Of a stretch of 64,000 nt of DNA, positions 20,912-31,428 are shown piece after piece (within the stretch, counting starts at the first letter, position 1; each line of letters begins with the position of its first letter). The notes under the pieces were generated by a model that did no database searches, was not told the DNA's origin, and saw only the letters and a program-made list of their open reading frames with translations. A program made the translations under genes and the position numbers. Origin of the DNA: Nitrospirales bacterium (GTDB lineage Bacteria > Nitrospirota > Nitrospiria > Nitrospirales > UBA8639); contig CBDCWC010000003.1 of NCBI GenBank assembly GCA_965223295.1, positions 640,001 to 704,000 of the forward strand. The letters run 5' to 3'.

Positions 20912-22174
20912 TTATTCACGTTTTGCGACAAATCTTCTAGGTATTTGACCTAGGGCGGTGACTACAAAGTCCCTTTGGCCTAATAATTGTTGGCTTATTT
21001 GACGGATTTGATCAGGAGAAATTCGATCAATGGCTTTGACAATCTCCTGTAGAGTTACATGCCGACCTTGATACAGCTCATCTTTCGCCAGTTTGTTCAT
21101 CCGCCCATAGGTGCCTTCTAAACCCAACATTAAATTACCTTTCAATTGGGTTTTGGTCCGCTCCAATTCTTTCATTGATACCAACCGCCGGCACAATTTC
21201 TTGGCTTCTTTGGTAACTTGGTCAATGACGGCTCCTAATTCCGAAGGCCGCGTGGCCGCATAGACAGTTAAGGTCCCGCCGTCTACGAAACTAGATAGAT
21301 GGGAATAAATTGTATAAGCCAATCCCCGTTTTTCCCGGACTTCCTGGAACAACCGAGAACTCACACCCCCTCCTAATATCGTGTTCAGAACATGAGCGGC
21401 ATATCGATCAGGGTGCCCGATTGGAAGCCCTTTAAACCCGACGCACAGATGCACTTGCTCCAAGGGTTTGTGATGAAAACTTTGACGCGTTGGTGGGTCA
21501 TGAGGCCAAGGATGCCCCCCATTTCTTTTTGAAGCCTTCAAAGCCCCCTGCCATTGGCCAAAATATTCGTTGGCTTGGTCTAGTAACTGAGGAAATGAAA
21601 AATTTCCTGCAACTGCTAGGATCGTATTTTCGGGTCGGTAATGTTTGCGTTTGTATTGCAAAAGGCTGCGGCGTTCCAGGTGGCGCATCGCTCGAGCTGT
21701 CCCCAAAATGGGACGCCCAACAGGGTGGTTGCCTAGAATATCTTTCGCATGTAACTCATGAATATAGTCCTCAGGGTCATCTTGAACCGTTCGGATTTCT
21801 TCAAGCACAATTTGTTTTTCTTTTTCAATATCTCTTACCCCAAAACGCGAATGATGGAACAGGTCGGCTAGGAGATCAAACGCCGCACCCATCTGCTGAT
21901 CCAACACTTTGACATAAAAGGCTGTGGCCTCATGTGTGGTAAAGGCATTCATTTCTCCGCCCAGCGCATCAATCTCATTAGAAATTTGTGAAGCCGTGCG
22001 ATGGCTCGTACCTTTGAACATCATGTGTTCAATAAAATGCGAGAGGCCTTCCTCTCCTTTTTCCTCATATCGGCTCCCCACATTCGCCCACACGCCCAAG
22101 GCGACGGATCTCAATGAGGACATCCGTTCGAGTACAACCCGAACTCCGTTATCTAGCACAACTTTTTTATACAC
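20912..22174 (-). CDS. M16-family zinc peptidase
   Basis: HFIEH (HxxEH) motif; SSRLFQEVREKRGLAY; usual position after pnp. Confidence 0.93.
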   Translation of the reverse strand: MYKKVVLDNGVRVVLERMSSLRSVALGVWANVGSRYEEKGEEGLSHFIEHMMFKGTSHRTASQISNEIDALGGEMNAFTTHEATAFYVKVLDQQMGAAFDLLADLFHHSRFGVRDIEKEKQIVLEEIRTVQDDPEDYIHELHAKDILGNHPVGRPILGTARAMRHLERRSLLQYKRKHYRPENTILAVAGNFSFPQLLDQANEYFGQWQGALKASKRNGGHPWPHDPPTRQSFHHKPLEQVHLCVGFKGLPIGHPDRYAAHVLNTILGGGVSSRLFQEVREKRGLAYTIYSHLSSFVDGGTLTVYAATRPSELGAVIDQVTKEAKKLCRRLVSMKELERTKTQLKGNLMLGLEGTYGRMNKLAKDELYQGRHVTLQEIVKAIDRISPDQIRQISQQLLGQRDFVVTALGQIPRRFVAKRE

Positions 22175-22190
22175 GATGCTATCAGGAAGG

Positions 22191-24296
22191 TTAGGCTGAG
22201 GCTTGCTCTCCCCCAGCTTGTTCGGCCATGGCTTCTTTTCGGCTTAGGCGAATTTTGCCCTGCCGGTCAATTTCCAGGACTTTGACCAAAATTTGTTCGC
22301 CTTCAGACACTTCATCTGAGACCGATTGCACACGATGGGGAGCTAATTGTGAGATATGGACAAGCCCGTCGGTATTTGGAAGGATTTCCACAAAGGCGCC
22401 AAAATCCATAATTTTTCTGACGGTCCCTAAATAAATTTTGCCAAGCTCGACTTCTTCAACCAACCCATTCACCATATCCATGGCTTTTTGGGCAGAAGCC
22501 TCATCCACAGCGGCAATCGTCACAATTCCAGAATCGTCCACATTCATTTTCACACCACATTCCGCAATAATGCCGCGAATCACTTTTCCTCCTGGACCAA
22601 TGATGTCCCGAATCTTATCCTGTTTAATTTGAATGGTACTGATTCTCGGAGCATAGGCTGCTAATTCGGTTCGGGGGGTGTGAAGGCATTCTTCCATTTT
22701 CTCTAAGATCGTCAGTCGGCCTTCTCGCGCTTGCCCCAACGCCTGCCGCATGAGGGCTGAAGTGACACCGCCAATCTTAATATCCATTTGCAAGGCAGTC
22801 ACGCCATCTTTGGTTCCAGCAACTTTAAAATCCATGTCGCCCAAATGATCTTCCATGCCCAAAATATCAGAGAGAATAGCGACTTGGTCATCCTCTTTAA
22901 TGAGTCCCATAGCAATCCCAGCGACAGGGGCCTTGATTGGAGCCGCCGCATCCATCAGCGCCAAGGTTCCACTACAAATTGTCGCCATAGAAGAGGAGCC
23001 ATTCGATTCCAATACCTCGGAAACAATGCGGATTGTATAAGGGAAAGCCTCCTTTTCAGGTAACACAGCGCTCAAGGCCCGTTCAGCCAATTTTCCATGC
23101 CCCACTTCTCGCCGACCAGGTCCACGCAACATTTTGGCTTCCCCCACGCTGAACGGAGGGAAATTATAATGGAGCATAAAGGAACGCGAGTATTCGCCCT
23201 CCAGGGCATCAATGCGTTGTTCATCATCCGATGTTCCTAAGGTCACCACCCCTAAACTCTGCGTTTCTCCACGCGTGAATAGGGCTGAACCATGCGTCCG
23301 CGGCAAAATCCCTACTTCACAATTTATGGAACGGATATCAGCTAACCCTCTCCCATCTGCACGAACTTTTTTCTCCAAAATCATCCGGCGGACTTCAGAG
23401 TACTCTAGTCCATGAAAAACTTTTTTCACCTGAGCCTTTCGCTCATCATCTTCACCAGCAACTGCTTCGATTGCTTCCTGGCGAATTTGATCAAACCGTT
23501 CCTGCCGTTCCGCTTTTCCAGGGATATACATCGCTTCACAAATTGCCGAAGCCGCCTGCGCTCGAACCGCTTTTTCCACTTCGGCATCCAAGGGTTCTAC
23601 TTCAAATGTCCGTTTGGATTTCCCAGCTTTTTCCTGTAATTCGCTGATCTTGCTGATGATTTTTTTGATTTCCGCATGGGCATATTCAATCGCATCGATC
23701 ATTGTGTCTTCTGACAGTCCACTAGCTCCCGCTTCCACCATCATCACCGCATCACTCGTGCCAGCTACAACTAAATTCAATTCGCTTGAATCTAAGGCTT
23801 TACGATCTGGGTTCACGACAAATTGGCCATTCACCCGGCCAACTCTGACCGAGGCCAACGGCCCTGCACAGGGGATATCAGAGACAGCCAGGGCAGCGGA
23901 AGCGGCAACGATCCCCACCACATCCGAAGACATGGTTTGATCGATGGAAAGCACGGTCACAATGATTTGGGTTTCATAGTAAAATCCATCCGGCATCAGC
24001 GGCCGAATCGGGCGGTCAATAAGACGGCTGGTCAACACCTCTTTTTCACTGGGCGCTCCTTCACGACGAAAAAACCCGCCTGGGATTTTCCCTGCGGCAT
24101 AGGTTTTTTCCTGGTAATTGACGGTCAGGGGGATAAAGTCAGCATCTGGCTTGAGCGTTTTTGAAGACACCGCTGTGGCTAACACGACCGTATCGGCATA
24201 GGTCGCCAACACTGACCCATCAGCTTGCTTGGCCATACGGCCAGTTTCTAAACGAAGCGGACGACCACCAACTTCCATTTCAACGACATGAATCAT
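22191..24296 (-). CDS. pnp: Polyribonucleotide nucleotidyltransferase
   Basis: Two RNase PH domains, EDHLGDMDFKVAG, KH and S1 domains. Confidence 0.97.
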   Translation of the reverse strand: MIHVVEMEVGGRPLRLETGRMAKQADGSVLATYADTVVLATAVSSKTLKPDADFIPLTVNYQEKTYAAGKIPGGFFRREGAPSEKEVLTSRLIDRPIRPLMPDGFYYETQIIVTVLSIDQTMSSDVVGIVAASAALAVSDIPCAGPLASVRVGRVNGQFVVNPDRKALDSSELNLVVAGTSDAVMMVEAGASGLSEDTMIDAIEYAHAEIKKIISKISELQEKAGKSKRTFEVEPLDAEVEKAVRAQAASAICEAMYIPGKAERQERFDQIRQEAIEAVAGEDDERKAQVKKVFHGLEYSEVRRMILEKKVRADGRGLADIRSINCEVGILPRTHGSALFTRGETQSLGVVTLGTSDDEQRIDALEGEYSRSFMLHYNFPPFSVGEAKMLRGPGRREVGHGKLAERALSAVLPEKEAFPYTIRIVSEVLESNGSSSMATICSGTLALMDAAAPIKAPVAGIAMGLIKEDDQVAILSDILGMEDHLGDMDFKVAGTKDGVTALQMDIKIGGVTSALMRQALGQAREGRLTILEKMEECLHTPRTELAAYAPRISTIQIKQDKIRDIIGPGGKVIRGIIAECGVKMNVDDSGIVTIAAVDEASAQKAMDMVNGLVEEVELGKIYLGTVRKIMDFGAFVEILPNTDGLVHISQLAPHRVQSVSDEVSEGEQILVKVLEIDRQGKIRLSRKEAMAEQAGGEQASA

Positions 24297-24358
24297 GGTT
24301 TAACCTTTCTCAATCCTAAATGCTCTATTTTGATAGTATGTTGTGGTTTCCTACTTCA

Positions 24359-24571
24359 GGGTCTGTGGAAAAAGCCGCCAGCGGCGTTCTCACCATTGTT
24401 CCATGCTCACGTAGCACCCGTACGCTCCGCGCGCAAAAATAGCTGCGGCCTTCCCTTCGACAAGCTCAGGGCAGGACTGGACGGACGTTTTTGAACAGAC
24501 CCGAGGCCTCTACCATGTTGCATTGCAGAGACCAAATTTGGCCGTTGATCTCATCATTATTCAACAATCCC
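24359..24571 (-). repeat. MITE family A, copy 4 (inverted, with nested 24-bp repeat)
   Basis: Minus strand GGGATTGTTGAATAA...CCACAGACCC; target duplication CTTCA (24354-24358 and 24572-24576). Confidence 0.9.
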
Positions 24572-24672
24572 CTTCACAAAAAATGTAGAGGCCTTCCTCT
24601 ATGACCATGTAAGTCAAGCATGGTTGTTTTAAATTACACCCATCTCATCTTATCGAATGCCACAGCCACGAA

Positions 24673-24942
24673 CTATTTTCGAATGCCTAATGCGGCTATC
24701 ACCGATTGATACTTCCTTTCATCCCTACGCCGCAAATAATCTAATAACTTACGTCTTTTGCTGACCATTTTCAGGAGGCCGCGTCGGGAATGATGATCCT
24801 TTTTATGCGTTTTAAAATGGTCTGTGAGACTTGTAATCCGCTTCGTTAATATCGAAATCTGAACTTCCGAAGAACCAGTATCTCGCTCATGAATGCGCTG
24901 CGATTCCACCGCAGCCGTTTTCTCTTCTTTGGTCAATGCCAT
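24673..24942 (-). CDS. rpsO: 30S ribosomal protein S15
   Basis: DTGSSEVQI...[23 protein letters not shown] before ATG at 24942. Confidence 0.97.
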   Translation of the reverse strand: MALTKEEKTAAVESQRIHERDTGSSEVQISILTKRITSLTDHFKTHKKDHHSRRGLLKMVSKRRKLLDYLRRRDERKYQSVIAALGIRK

Positions 24943-25037
24943 AATGCCTCCTTCAGAATTTTTTACTTGGCTGAGCCGACAGCCGTATTTCCATGACAAC
25001 TCATGAATGTGAATCTTTCCTTCTCGCCCTCATCCGT

Positions 25038-26030
25038 TTAACCCAGGACAGTATCCAGCACGAGCATTGGTCCGCTCTGCCCGGATTGCAGGGAAGGCCC
25101 TTTACCTAAAGCTAATAACACTCCATCTTGGCTTTTAACACGAACGCGCGAGCCTTCGGCCGAAGTTCTGTGCAGTAGGTTCTCTTTCGCCCATTCAACA
25201 CGAGTCCAAGGAATGGCGTTCCCATGAAGCACTTTACGAGCATCATGTGCATTCACTTCCACTGCGGGGAACTCTTTTAATACCCGGTCAAGGCTCCACC
25301 ATGCGCTATCTAGTTGCGAAAAGGCAACCTCGTCCCTCAGGCAATCCATGCCGACAGCCTGATTCACATGCAAAGGCCCCACTCTTGTGCGTTGTAACCT
25401 TTTCAAATGGCCGCCCACACCCAAGCGTTCTCCAATATCCTCACATAACGTTCGAACATATGTTCCTTTGGAACAGACAACACGAAAACTGACGTCAGGT
25501 AAGGCGATCCCTTGGATTTCTATATCATGGATCACAACGGTCTTCGCCCGGCGTTCAACGACCTGCCCCTTTCGCGCTTTTTTGTACAAGGACTGTCCAT
25601 CGATTTTCACCGCTGAATACATCGGGGGGACTTGTTGGATGGGGCCGTGAAAGTCCATGAATACGGCACGAATTTGCTCTTCGGAGACCGTCTCCCATGA
25701 CTTTTCTTCTAGAACCACACCCCACGCATCTTGCGTATCTGTCTTTTGCCCGAATTGCAGAACTGCAGAATACTCCTTGTCCCAATCAACCAGAAATTGG
25801 GCAATCTTCGTTCCCTTTCCAATCAACACGGGTAAGACTCCGGTTGCATGCGGATCTAAGGTCCCAGCATGGCCAACTTTCTGTATACCTAAAACCGTGC
25901 GCACCCGTTTGACAACATCATGCGAGGTCCACCCATCGGGTTTATCGACAACTAGTACTCCATGGAGGGAACTTGGCACCAGCCTATCTTCAATATCGGA
26001 ATGGTCAAGAGAGGGGGCCAGGAGTGTCAT
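25038..26030 (-). CDS. truB: tRNA pseudouridine(55) synthase
   Basis: KVGHAGTLDP.ATGVL, PPMYSAVK and CSKGTYVR motifs. Confidence 0.96.
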   Translation of the reverse strand: MTLLAPSLDHSDIEDRLVPSSLHGVLVVDKPDGWTSHDVVKRVRTVLGIQKVGHAGTLDPHATGVLPVLIGKGTKIAQFLVDWDKEYSAVLQFGQKTDTQDAWGVVLEEKSWETVSEEQIRAVFMDFHGPIQQVPPMYSAVKIDGQSLYKKARKGQVVERRAKTVVIHDIEIQGIALPDVSFRVVCSKGTYVRTLCEDIGERLGVGGHLKRLQRTRVGPLHVNQAVGMDCLRDEVAFSQLDSAWWSLDRVLKEFPAVEVNAHDARKVLHGNAIPWTRVEWAKENLLHRTSAEGSRVRVKSQDGVLLALGKGPSLQSGQSGPMLVLDTVLG

Positions 26031-26042
26031 GAATACTGAACT

Positions 26043-26441
26043 CTATTGAGGTTGAGGCGTTTGGGAGGGTACATCTGATTCATCGTCAGTCTCATGGGGA
26101 ATAGAATCGAGAATCTTTTCCATTCGGTTCGCATATTCAGCACTGGTATCACGATAAAACACAATTTCAGGCGTATAGCGTAAATGCAAACGTCTTCCAA
26201 CTTCTTTTCGAATAAAACCCACGGCGCTTTTCAGACCTGGAGCCGTCTGCTGCTCAAAATGAGCAGTATCTAACGTCGTCACGTAAACCCGAGCAATCTT
26301 AAGATCCGCGGTCATCGTAACATCAGTCACCGTCACAAATTGGACCCGCGGATCCTTAATTTTTCGTGAAAGAATTTCAGCGACTTCCATCCGAATTTGA
26401 TCTGCCACCCGTGAAGCACGACTAATAGTTGATTTTGACAT
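26043..26441 (-). CDS. rbfA: Ribosome-binding factor A
   Basis: IKDPRV..VTVT.V..T.DL..ARVY...LRYTPEI.F..D. Confidence 0.93.
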   Translation of the reverse strand: MSKSTISRASRVADQIRMEVAEILSRKIKDPRVQFVTVTDVTMTADLKIARVYVTTLDTAHFEQQTAPGLKSAVGFIRKEVGRRLHLRYTPEIVFYRDTSAEYANRMEKILDSIPHETDDESDVPSQTPQPQ

Positions 26442-26463
26442 GATAACAAGGGGGTTAGAAGCC

Positions 26464-26760
26464 TTATAACAATTCAATCTGTGACCGCAAGAGTTGGAGC
26501 GATGGATTCGCTTGGATTTCGTTCAACACCTGATCTAATGTCTGATTGACTCGCGTCGTCTCATTCGCCACCGACGCAATCCCTATAAACGCTTTTTGCC
26601 AGAGATGACTTTCGTCTATTTCAGCAATAGAAATATTGAATCGATTCTGAAGCCTCGTCTTTAAACTGACAAGAATTTTTCGTTTGCCTTTGAGCGATTG
26701 GGCATCAGGGAAATGAAGCTCCACGGTACAGACCCCTACAATCATTCCCATTTCAGACAC
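26464..26760 (-). CDS. DUF503/YlxP-family protein
   Basis: SLKGKRKIL.SLK.RL..RFNISIAE; position between infB and rbfA. Confidence 0.9.
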   Translation of the reverse strand: MSEMGMIVGVCTVELHFPDAQSLKGKRKILVSLKTRLQNRFNISIAEIDESHLWQKAFIGIASVANETTRVNQTLDQVLNEIQANPSLQLLRSQIELL

Positions 26761-26778
26761 CTCGTGACGATCTCAATC

Positions 26779-29370
26779 CTACAATTTCGCGGCTTCCTCC
26801 TCCACTACATACGCTTCCAAAACATCACCAAGCTTCAAATCATTAAAATTTTCGACCCCAATTCCACATTCATACCCTTGCTGTACTTCACGGGCATCGT
26901 CCTTAAAACGGCGCAATGACCCAATTTTTCCTTCGTACACAGTGACTTGATCTCGTACGACACGTACCTTCGTATTGGTTCGTGATATGATCCCGTCACT
27001 CACATAACAACCTGCGATGGTTCCCATCTTCGGCACTGAAAACAGTTGGCGAACTTCAGCATGACCGACAATACGTTCTTTAACTGTAGGAGCCAACAGG
27101 CCTTCAGCAGCAGAACGAATATCATCAAGTACATTATAAATAATAGTGTAGAGACGGATCTCTACGCCTTCACGTTCGGCAATATTGGCAGCTTTGGAAT
27201 CCGGACGAACATGAAAACCAATAATAATGGCTTTTGACGCAGCAGCCAGCAAAACATCCGATTCGTTAATACCACCAACTCCACTATGAATGACTTTCAA
27301 TTTCACAGCCTCGGTTGAAATCTTTTGCAGGGCATCACCTAAGGCGCCCACCGATCCCTGCACATCAGCTTTGATGAGCACTGGTAATTCTTTGATTTCG
27401 CCATCTTGCGTTTCCGCATACAAATCATCCAAGGTCATCCGTGACGAAGTGGTAAAACTCATATCTTTTTGCTTCTGCACTCGTGCTTCCGCAATAGCCC
27501 TGGCAGCCCGTTCATCCTTGACCACAATCAATTGATCTCCAGCTTCCGGCACCCCCAAAAGACCAATCACTTCAACGGGCGTGGAAGGACCAGCTTCTTT
27601 TAGACGTGCTCCTTTGTCCGATGTCAGCCCTCTGACACGTCCACTTACCGAACCGACAACAAACGTCTCACCGACTTTCAACGTTCCACCCTGAACTAAT
27701 ACTGTAACGACCGGGCCGCGCCCCTTATCTAGCTTGGCCTCTAAGACAACGCCGCGGGCAGAACAAGCAACATCGGCTTTTAATTCCATCACCTCAGCTT
27801 GAAGCGACAACATATCAAGCAGACTATCTAAACCTCGACCTTCTTTGGCTGAGACCTCCACAAAAATGGTTTGCCCTCCCCATGATTCCGGAAGCAGCCC
27901 ATATTCCGCCAATCCTTGCTTGACTCGATCAGGGTTGGCCCCAGGCAAATCAATCTTATTCACGGCCACGATGATAGGCACATTCGCAGCTTGCGCATGA
28001 TTGACAGCTTCAATGGTTTGCGGCATCGGGCCATCATCTGCAGCTACCACCAGGACAACAATATCGGTGACCTGAGCCCCACGAGCTCGCATCCCGGTAA
28101 AGGCTTCATGTCCAGGAGTATCCAAGAACGTCACGCCTCGGTCGCCCACTTTCACAAATGATGCCCCAATATGTTGAGTGATCCCTCCAGCTTCTCGATC
28201 CGTCACTTGGGTTTTTCTGATCGCATCCAACAAGGACGTTTTTCCATGATCAACGTGCCCCATGACGGTGACCACCGGGAACCGAGGCTCCAACTTTTCT
28301 TTGCCACTTGGCTCTAAAATGTCCTCTAAAAGGGCCTCCCCCTCCTTCGGGACAACGGCTTCAACCGCAATGCCATATTCCTCCGCAATCAACACACCCG
28401 CATCAAGGTCCATGGGTTGATTCAGATTTTTTACAATGTTGAGATCCATAAGTTTCCGAATGATTTCGGTGGGTTTTTGGCCTAAAAGCTCGGCAAAGTC
28501 TTTAACGGAGAGACCCGCCGTGGCTTTGATCACTTTTTTACGAGGCTTGGTCGTTTCACCAGCCGAGGCCGGTTGGATTTGGCGAGATCGTTCTTCTCGA
28601 CGAAGCGTTGGGAGAGGACGAAGATCTTGCCATACTGCCGCGTCTTCAAACCTGGCAGCAAACATTTCTTCATTTTTCAGCCGAGGTCCTTTTTTGCCTT
28701 TTTTTATCTTCTCATCTGGTAAAGTTTCCCGGCCAGGAGAACCACCTTTTTTGTCTGCCTTCGCTTCACCATGCTTTTCTCGATGAGATGGTTTCCCGGG
28801 AAGAGGAATGTTTGTCTGCGCTTGATCCGGCGACAGAGTCGCCTCCGACATGCTCTGATCCGCTGCCGGAACATCAGATGGTGTGGAGGGGGGTTCAGAC
28901 GTCACATCTCCTAAGGCCGCCTCTCCAACCGTTACAGTCTCTTCGGCCTGAGAGACTACGTCCGTCAGGACAGCATCTTCTGTCTTTTCATCTTGTATTG
29001 AAGAAGTTTCTTGGACATCTTCAGGCGGCTCAACTTCCGTTTTTTTCTTTTTAATGAGGATATGTTTCTTCCCAGGCTTCTTAGTTTCAGAGGTTGGAGG
29101 AGCCGTGTCAGCCTTGGCAGAAGCTGCGCCATCTTTTTTCTGACGGCGCGCGCCCGTCTTTTTAGTCCCTGTCGCCTTGGACAAGGATCCTATGGGCACA
29201 GCACCTTTCGGAGCCTCCACCTTGCCTTGCAGCACATCAATCGCCCAGCGGGCCGCATCATCTTCTACCGCATTACTATGCGACGTCACTTGAATACCCA
29301 AACGCACCAATTCGGGAATCACGAGGCGACTCTCCATTCCAAGTTTCTTTGCTATCTCATGAACTCGCAT
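26779..29370 (-). CDS. infB: Translation initiation factor IF-2
   Basis: MGHVDHGKTS, DTPGHEAF, NKID and GYECGI motifs. Confidence 0.97.
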   Translation of the reverse strand: MRVHEIAKKLGMESRLVIPELVRLGIQVTSHSNAVEDDAARWAIDVLQGKVEAPKGAVPIGSLSKATGTKKTGARRQKKDGAASAKADTAPPTSETKKPGKKHILIKKKKTEVEPPEDVQETSSIQDEKTEDAVLTDVVSQAEETVTVGEAALGDVTSEPPSTPSDVPAADQSMSEATLSPDQAQTNIPLPGKPSHREKHGEAKADKKGGSPGRETLPDEKIKKGKKGPRLKNEEMFAARFEDAAVWQDLRPLPTLRREERSRQIQPASAGETTKPRKKVIKATAGLSVKDFAELLGQKPTEIIRKLMDLNIVKNLNQPMDLDAGVLIAEEYGIAVEAVVPKEGEALLEDILEPSGKEKLEPRFPVVTVMGHVDHGKTSLLDAIRKTQVTDREAGGITQHIGASFVKVGDRGVTFLDTPGHEAFTGMRARGAQVTDIVVLVVAADDGPMPQTIEAVNHAQAANVPIIVAVNKIDLPGANPDRVKQGLAEYGLLPESWGGQTIFVEVSAKEGRGLDSLLDMLSLQAEVMELKADVACSARGVVLEAKLDKGRGPVVTVLVQGGTLKVGETFVVGSVSGRVRGLTSDKGARLKEAGPSTPVEVIGLLGVPEAGDQLIVVKDERAARAIAEARVQKQKDMSFTTSSRMTLDDLYAETQDGEIKELPVLIKADVQGSVGALGDALQKISTEAVKLKVIHSGVGGINESDVLLAAASKAIIIGFHVRPDSKAANIAEREGVEIRLYTIIYNVLDDIRSAAEGLLAPTVKERIVGHAEVRQLFSVPKMGTIAGCYVSDGIISRTNTKVRVVRDQVTVYEGKIGSLRRFKDDAREVQQGYECGIGVENFNDLKLGDVLEAYVVEEEAAKL

Positions 29371-29388
29371 GCCGCCCCTTTACGATGG

Positions 29389-30603
29389 CTAAGATTCCTC
29401 TGGAAGACTCTCTTTGGTGTCAACTAGTTTTGCATCCTCAACGGCTCCGTCATCAGCTTGACTAGTCCCTTCATCTGCCGCAGTCCCTTCTTCAGTCGAT
29501 CCTTCAGTAAGACTGGCGGTTTCTTCTGCCAATGCCGCTTTGATTTCCTGATCTCGCTCCAATTTTTCCTTCTCATATTCGGTCGAGCTAATAATGTCAA
29601 TCTTCCAACCGGTGAGTTTTGCTGCAAGTCGCACGTTTTGCCCATTTTTCCCAATGGCTAACGAGAGTTGAGAATCTGCAACCACGACGAGCGCCGACTT
29701 TTTTTGTTCATCGATGCCGACTTTTTCAATCGATGCAGGATTGAGGGCCTCCCCGATAAAGACGCGCGGATCATCCGTCCATGGAATAATATCGATTTTT
29801 TCACCACGCAATTCGCGGACTATGGCTTGAACCCGTGAACCTTTCACACCCACACAGGCTCCGACAGGATCGACAGCCTTGTCTCGCGAGGCCACCGAAA
29901 TTTTTGTTCGGTCTCCAGGTTCACGAACCACATTTTTAATCTCCACAATTTTTTCTGAAATTTCCGGCACTTCCAGGCCAAACAATTTCACAACAAACTG
30001 TGGATGCGCTCTCGACAAGATGACTTGAACGTCTTTCGGTGTACGGCGAACTTCGAGGAGCAACGCACGAACACGGTCTCCGCGACGATGGGCCTCTCGC
30101 GGAATCTGCTCCTGAACAGGAAGAAGCGCCTCTGTTTTTCCGATATCAACCAAGTAATTACGGCGTTCTTGCCCTAAAATGACTCCATGCACTAATTCAT
30201 TTTCTTTTTTTGAAAACTCCCGTTCAATGGACTCCCATTCTGCTTCCCGGACTTTTTGGCAAATCACTTGCTTCGCTGCTTGTGCTGCAATCCGCCCAAA
30301 ATCCTCCATCTCAATGAGAGAGCCAATTTCATCGCCCATTTCGGCCTCATCATCAATTTTTCGAGCTTCTTCGAGAGATATTTCAGTCTTGTCGTCAATG
30401 ACCTTTTCAGCAATCGTTTTCTTACTCACAATGGAGATTTCCCCAGAGTCCGTGTCAATGTCGACCTGGATATTATCCCCTTGTCCAAAGCGCTTTTTGG
30501 CTGCAGTCAACAGGGCCGATTCCAAGGCCGCAAGGACTTTCTCCTTTTCAATACCTTTTTCTCGACCAATTTGATCGATGACCGTCATGAGCTCACTTTT
30601 CAT
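29389..30603 (-). CDS. nusA: Transcription termination/antitermination factor NusA
   Basis: FGRIAAQ.AKQ, DPVGACVG..GSRV and LSLAIGK.GQNVRLA motifs; GAGGA RBS before 30603. Confidence 0.96.
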   Translation of the reverse strand: MKSELMTVIDQIGREKGIEKEKVLAALESALLTAAKKRFGQGDNIQVDIDTDSGEISIVSKKTIAEKVIDDKTEISLEEARKIDDEAEMGDEIGSLIEMEDFGRIAAQAAKQVICQKVREAEWESIEREFSKKENELVHGVILGQERRNYLVDIGKTEALLPVQEQIPREAHRRGDRVRALLLEVRRTPKDVQVILSRAHPQFVVKLFGLEVPEISEKIVEIKNVVREPGDRTKISVASRDKAVDPVGACVGVKGSRVQAIVRELRGEKIDIIPWTDDPRVFIGEALNPASIEKVGIDEQKKSALVVVADSQLSLAIGKNGQNVRLAAKLTGWKIDIISSTEYEKEKLERDQEIKAALAEETASLTEGSTEEGTAADEGTSQADDGAVEDAKLVDTKESLPEES

Positions 30604-30675
30604 GATTGTTCCTCGCAACTCACCATAGGAACAGCCCACCACAATCCAGGGCCGTTTGCACCACTGTTACCATGT

Positions 30676-31155
30676 CTAAAATTCCACCTCAATTTTTGCC
30701 TTGACAACCTGAGGCCAAACCACCGAATGCTCGATCAGTGTTTTGTTCCGATCATCCACTAAATGTATGCCTGTCTCGGTTACAGCCGTTAACCGTCCAA
30801 CAAGGGTAGCTTGCTCCGTATCGGTCTGAACAGTTACCCGAAGCCGTTGTCCTTGAACGCGTTGAAAATCTCTCGGAACTTTCAGTACCCGATCCAACCC
30901 AGGTGAGGAGACCTCAAATCGACAAATCGGCCCTGAGGGTTGAGTAATCTCCCAAGTCCTACGAAGTGATTGGTGGAATCGCTCACAATCGTCAATCCCC
31001 AAACCACCATCTTTATCAAGCGTCAGACGAACGAAAGGATTGCTAGGTTTTCCGGTCCATTGCACATCAAGAATTTCGACACCCAATGCCAGAGCAATTG
31101 GATCACCAACTTGGCGAATAACTTGACTCAGGTTCTCTGTCACGAGGGCTACCAT
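30676..31155 (-). CDS. rimP: Ribosome maturation factor RimP
   Basis: GIDDCE...EVSSPGLDR.L..P.DF; first gene of the nusA-infB operon. Confidence 0.9.
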   Translation of the reverse strand: MVALVTENLSQVIRQVGDPIALALGVEILDVQWTGKPSNPFVRLTLDKDGGLGIDDCERFHQSLRRTWEITQPSGPICRFEVSSPGLDRVLKVPRDFQRVQGQRLRVTVQTDTEQATLVGRLTAVTETGIHLVDDRNKTLIEHSVVWPQVVKAKIEVEF

Positions 31156-31199
31156 AGACGCCGACCTCACAGGAAGACAAGCGGCTACAGTTATAGGCC

Positions 31200-31225
31200 A
31201 AAAAAAAGTGGGCTCACGCCCACTC
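31200..31225 (-). promoter_or_regulatory. rimP leader attenuator-like hairpin
   Basis: AGTGGGC-GTGA(GNRA)-GCCCACT followed by a T-run just upstream of rimP. Confidence 0.75.
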
Positions 31226-31428
31226 AACACTCACCACAGTAGCACTTTCTCAGTTCAAAGGCAAGATAAGGAGATCGGTCATTTTTGCCCAGTCTCAACC
31301 CCATTTCCTCCAAGGTCTCTCACAAACCCGTACAGGCGACATAGGCATAAGACTACCCCCATGATAGACTAATTTTTATGCAGAAAAGACGACATTTCCT
31401 TGATTGTAGCTAGAGAGGAATTTAGCAG

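Noticed and set aside
24943-25037. Possible S15 autoregulatory leader (GGCTG/CAGCC hairpin)
   Set aside because: Only a 5-bp stem; cannot be supported without a covariance search
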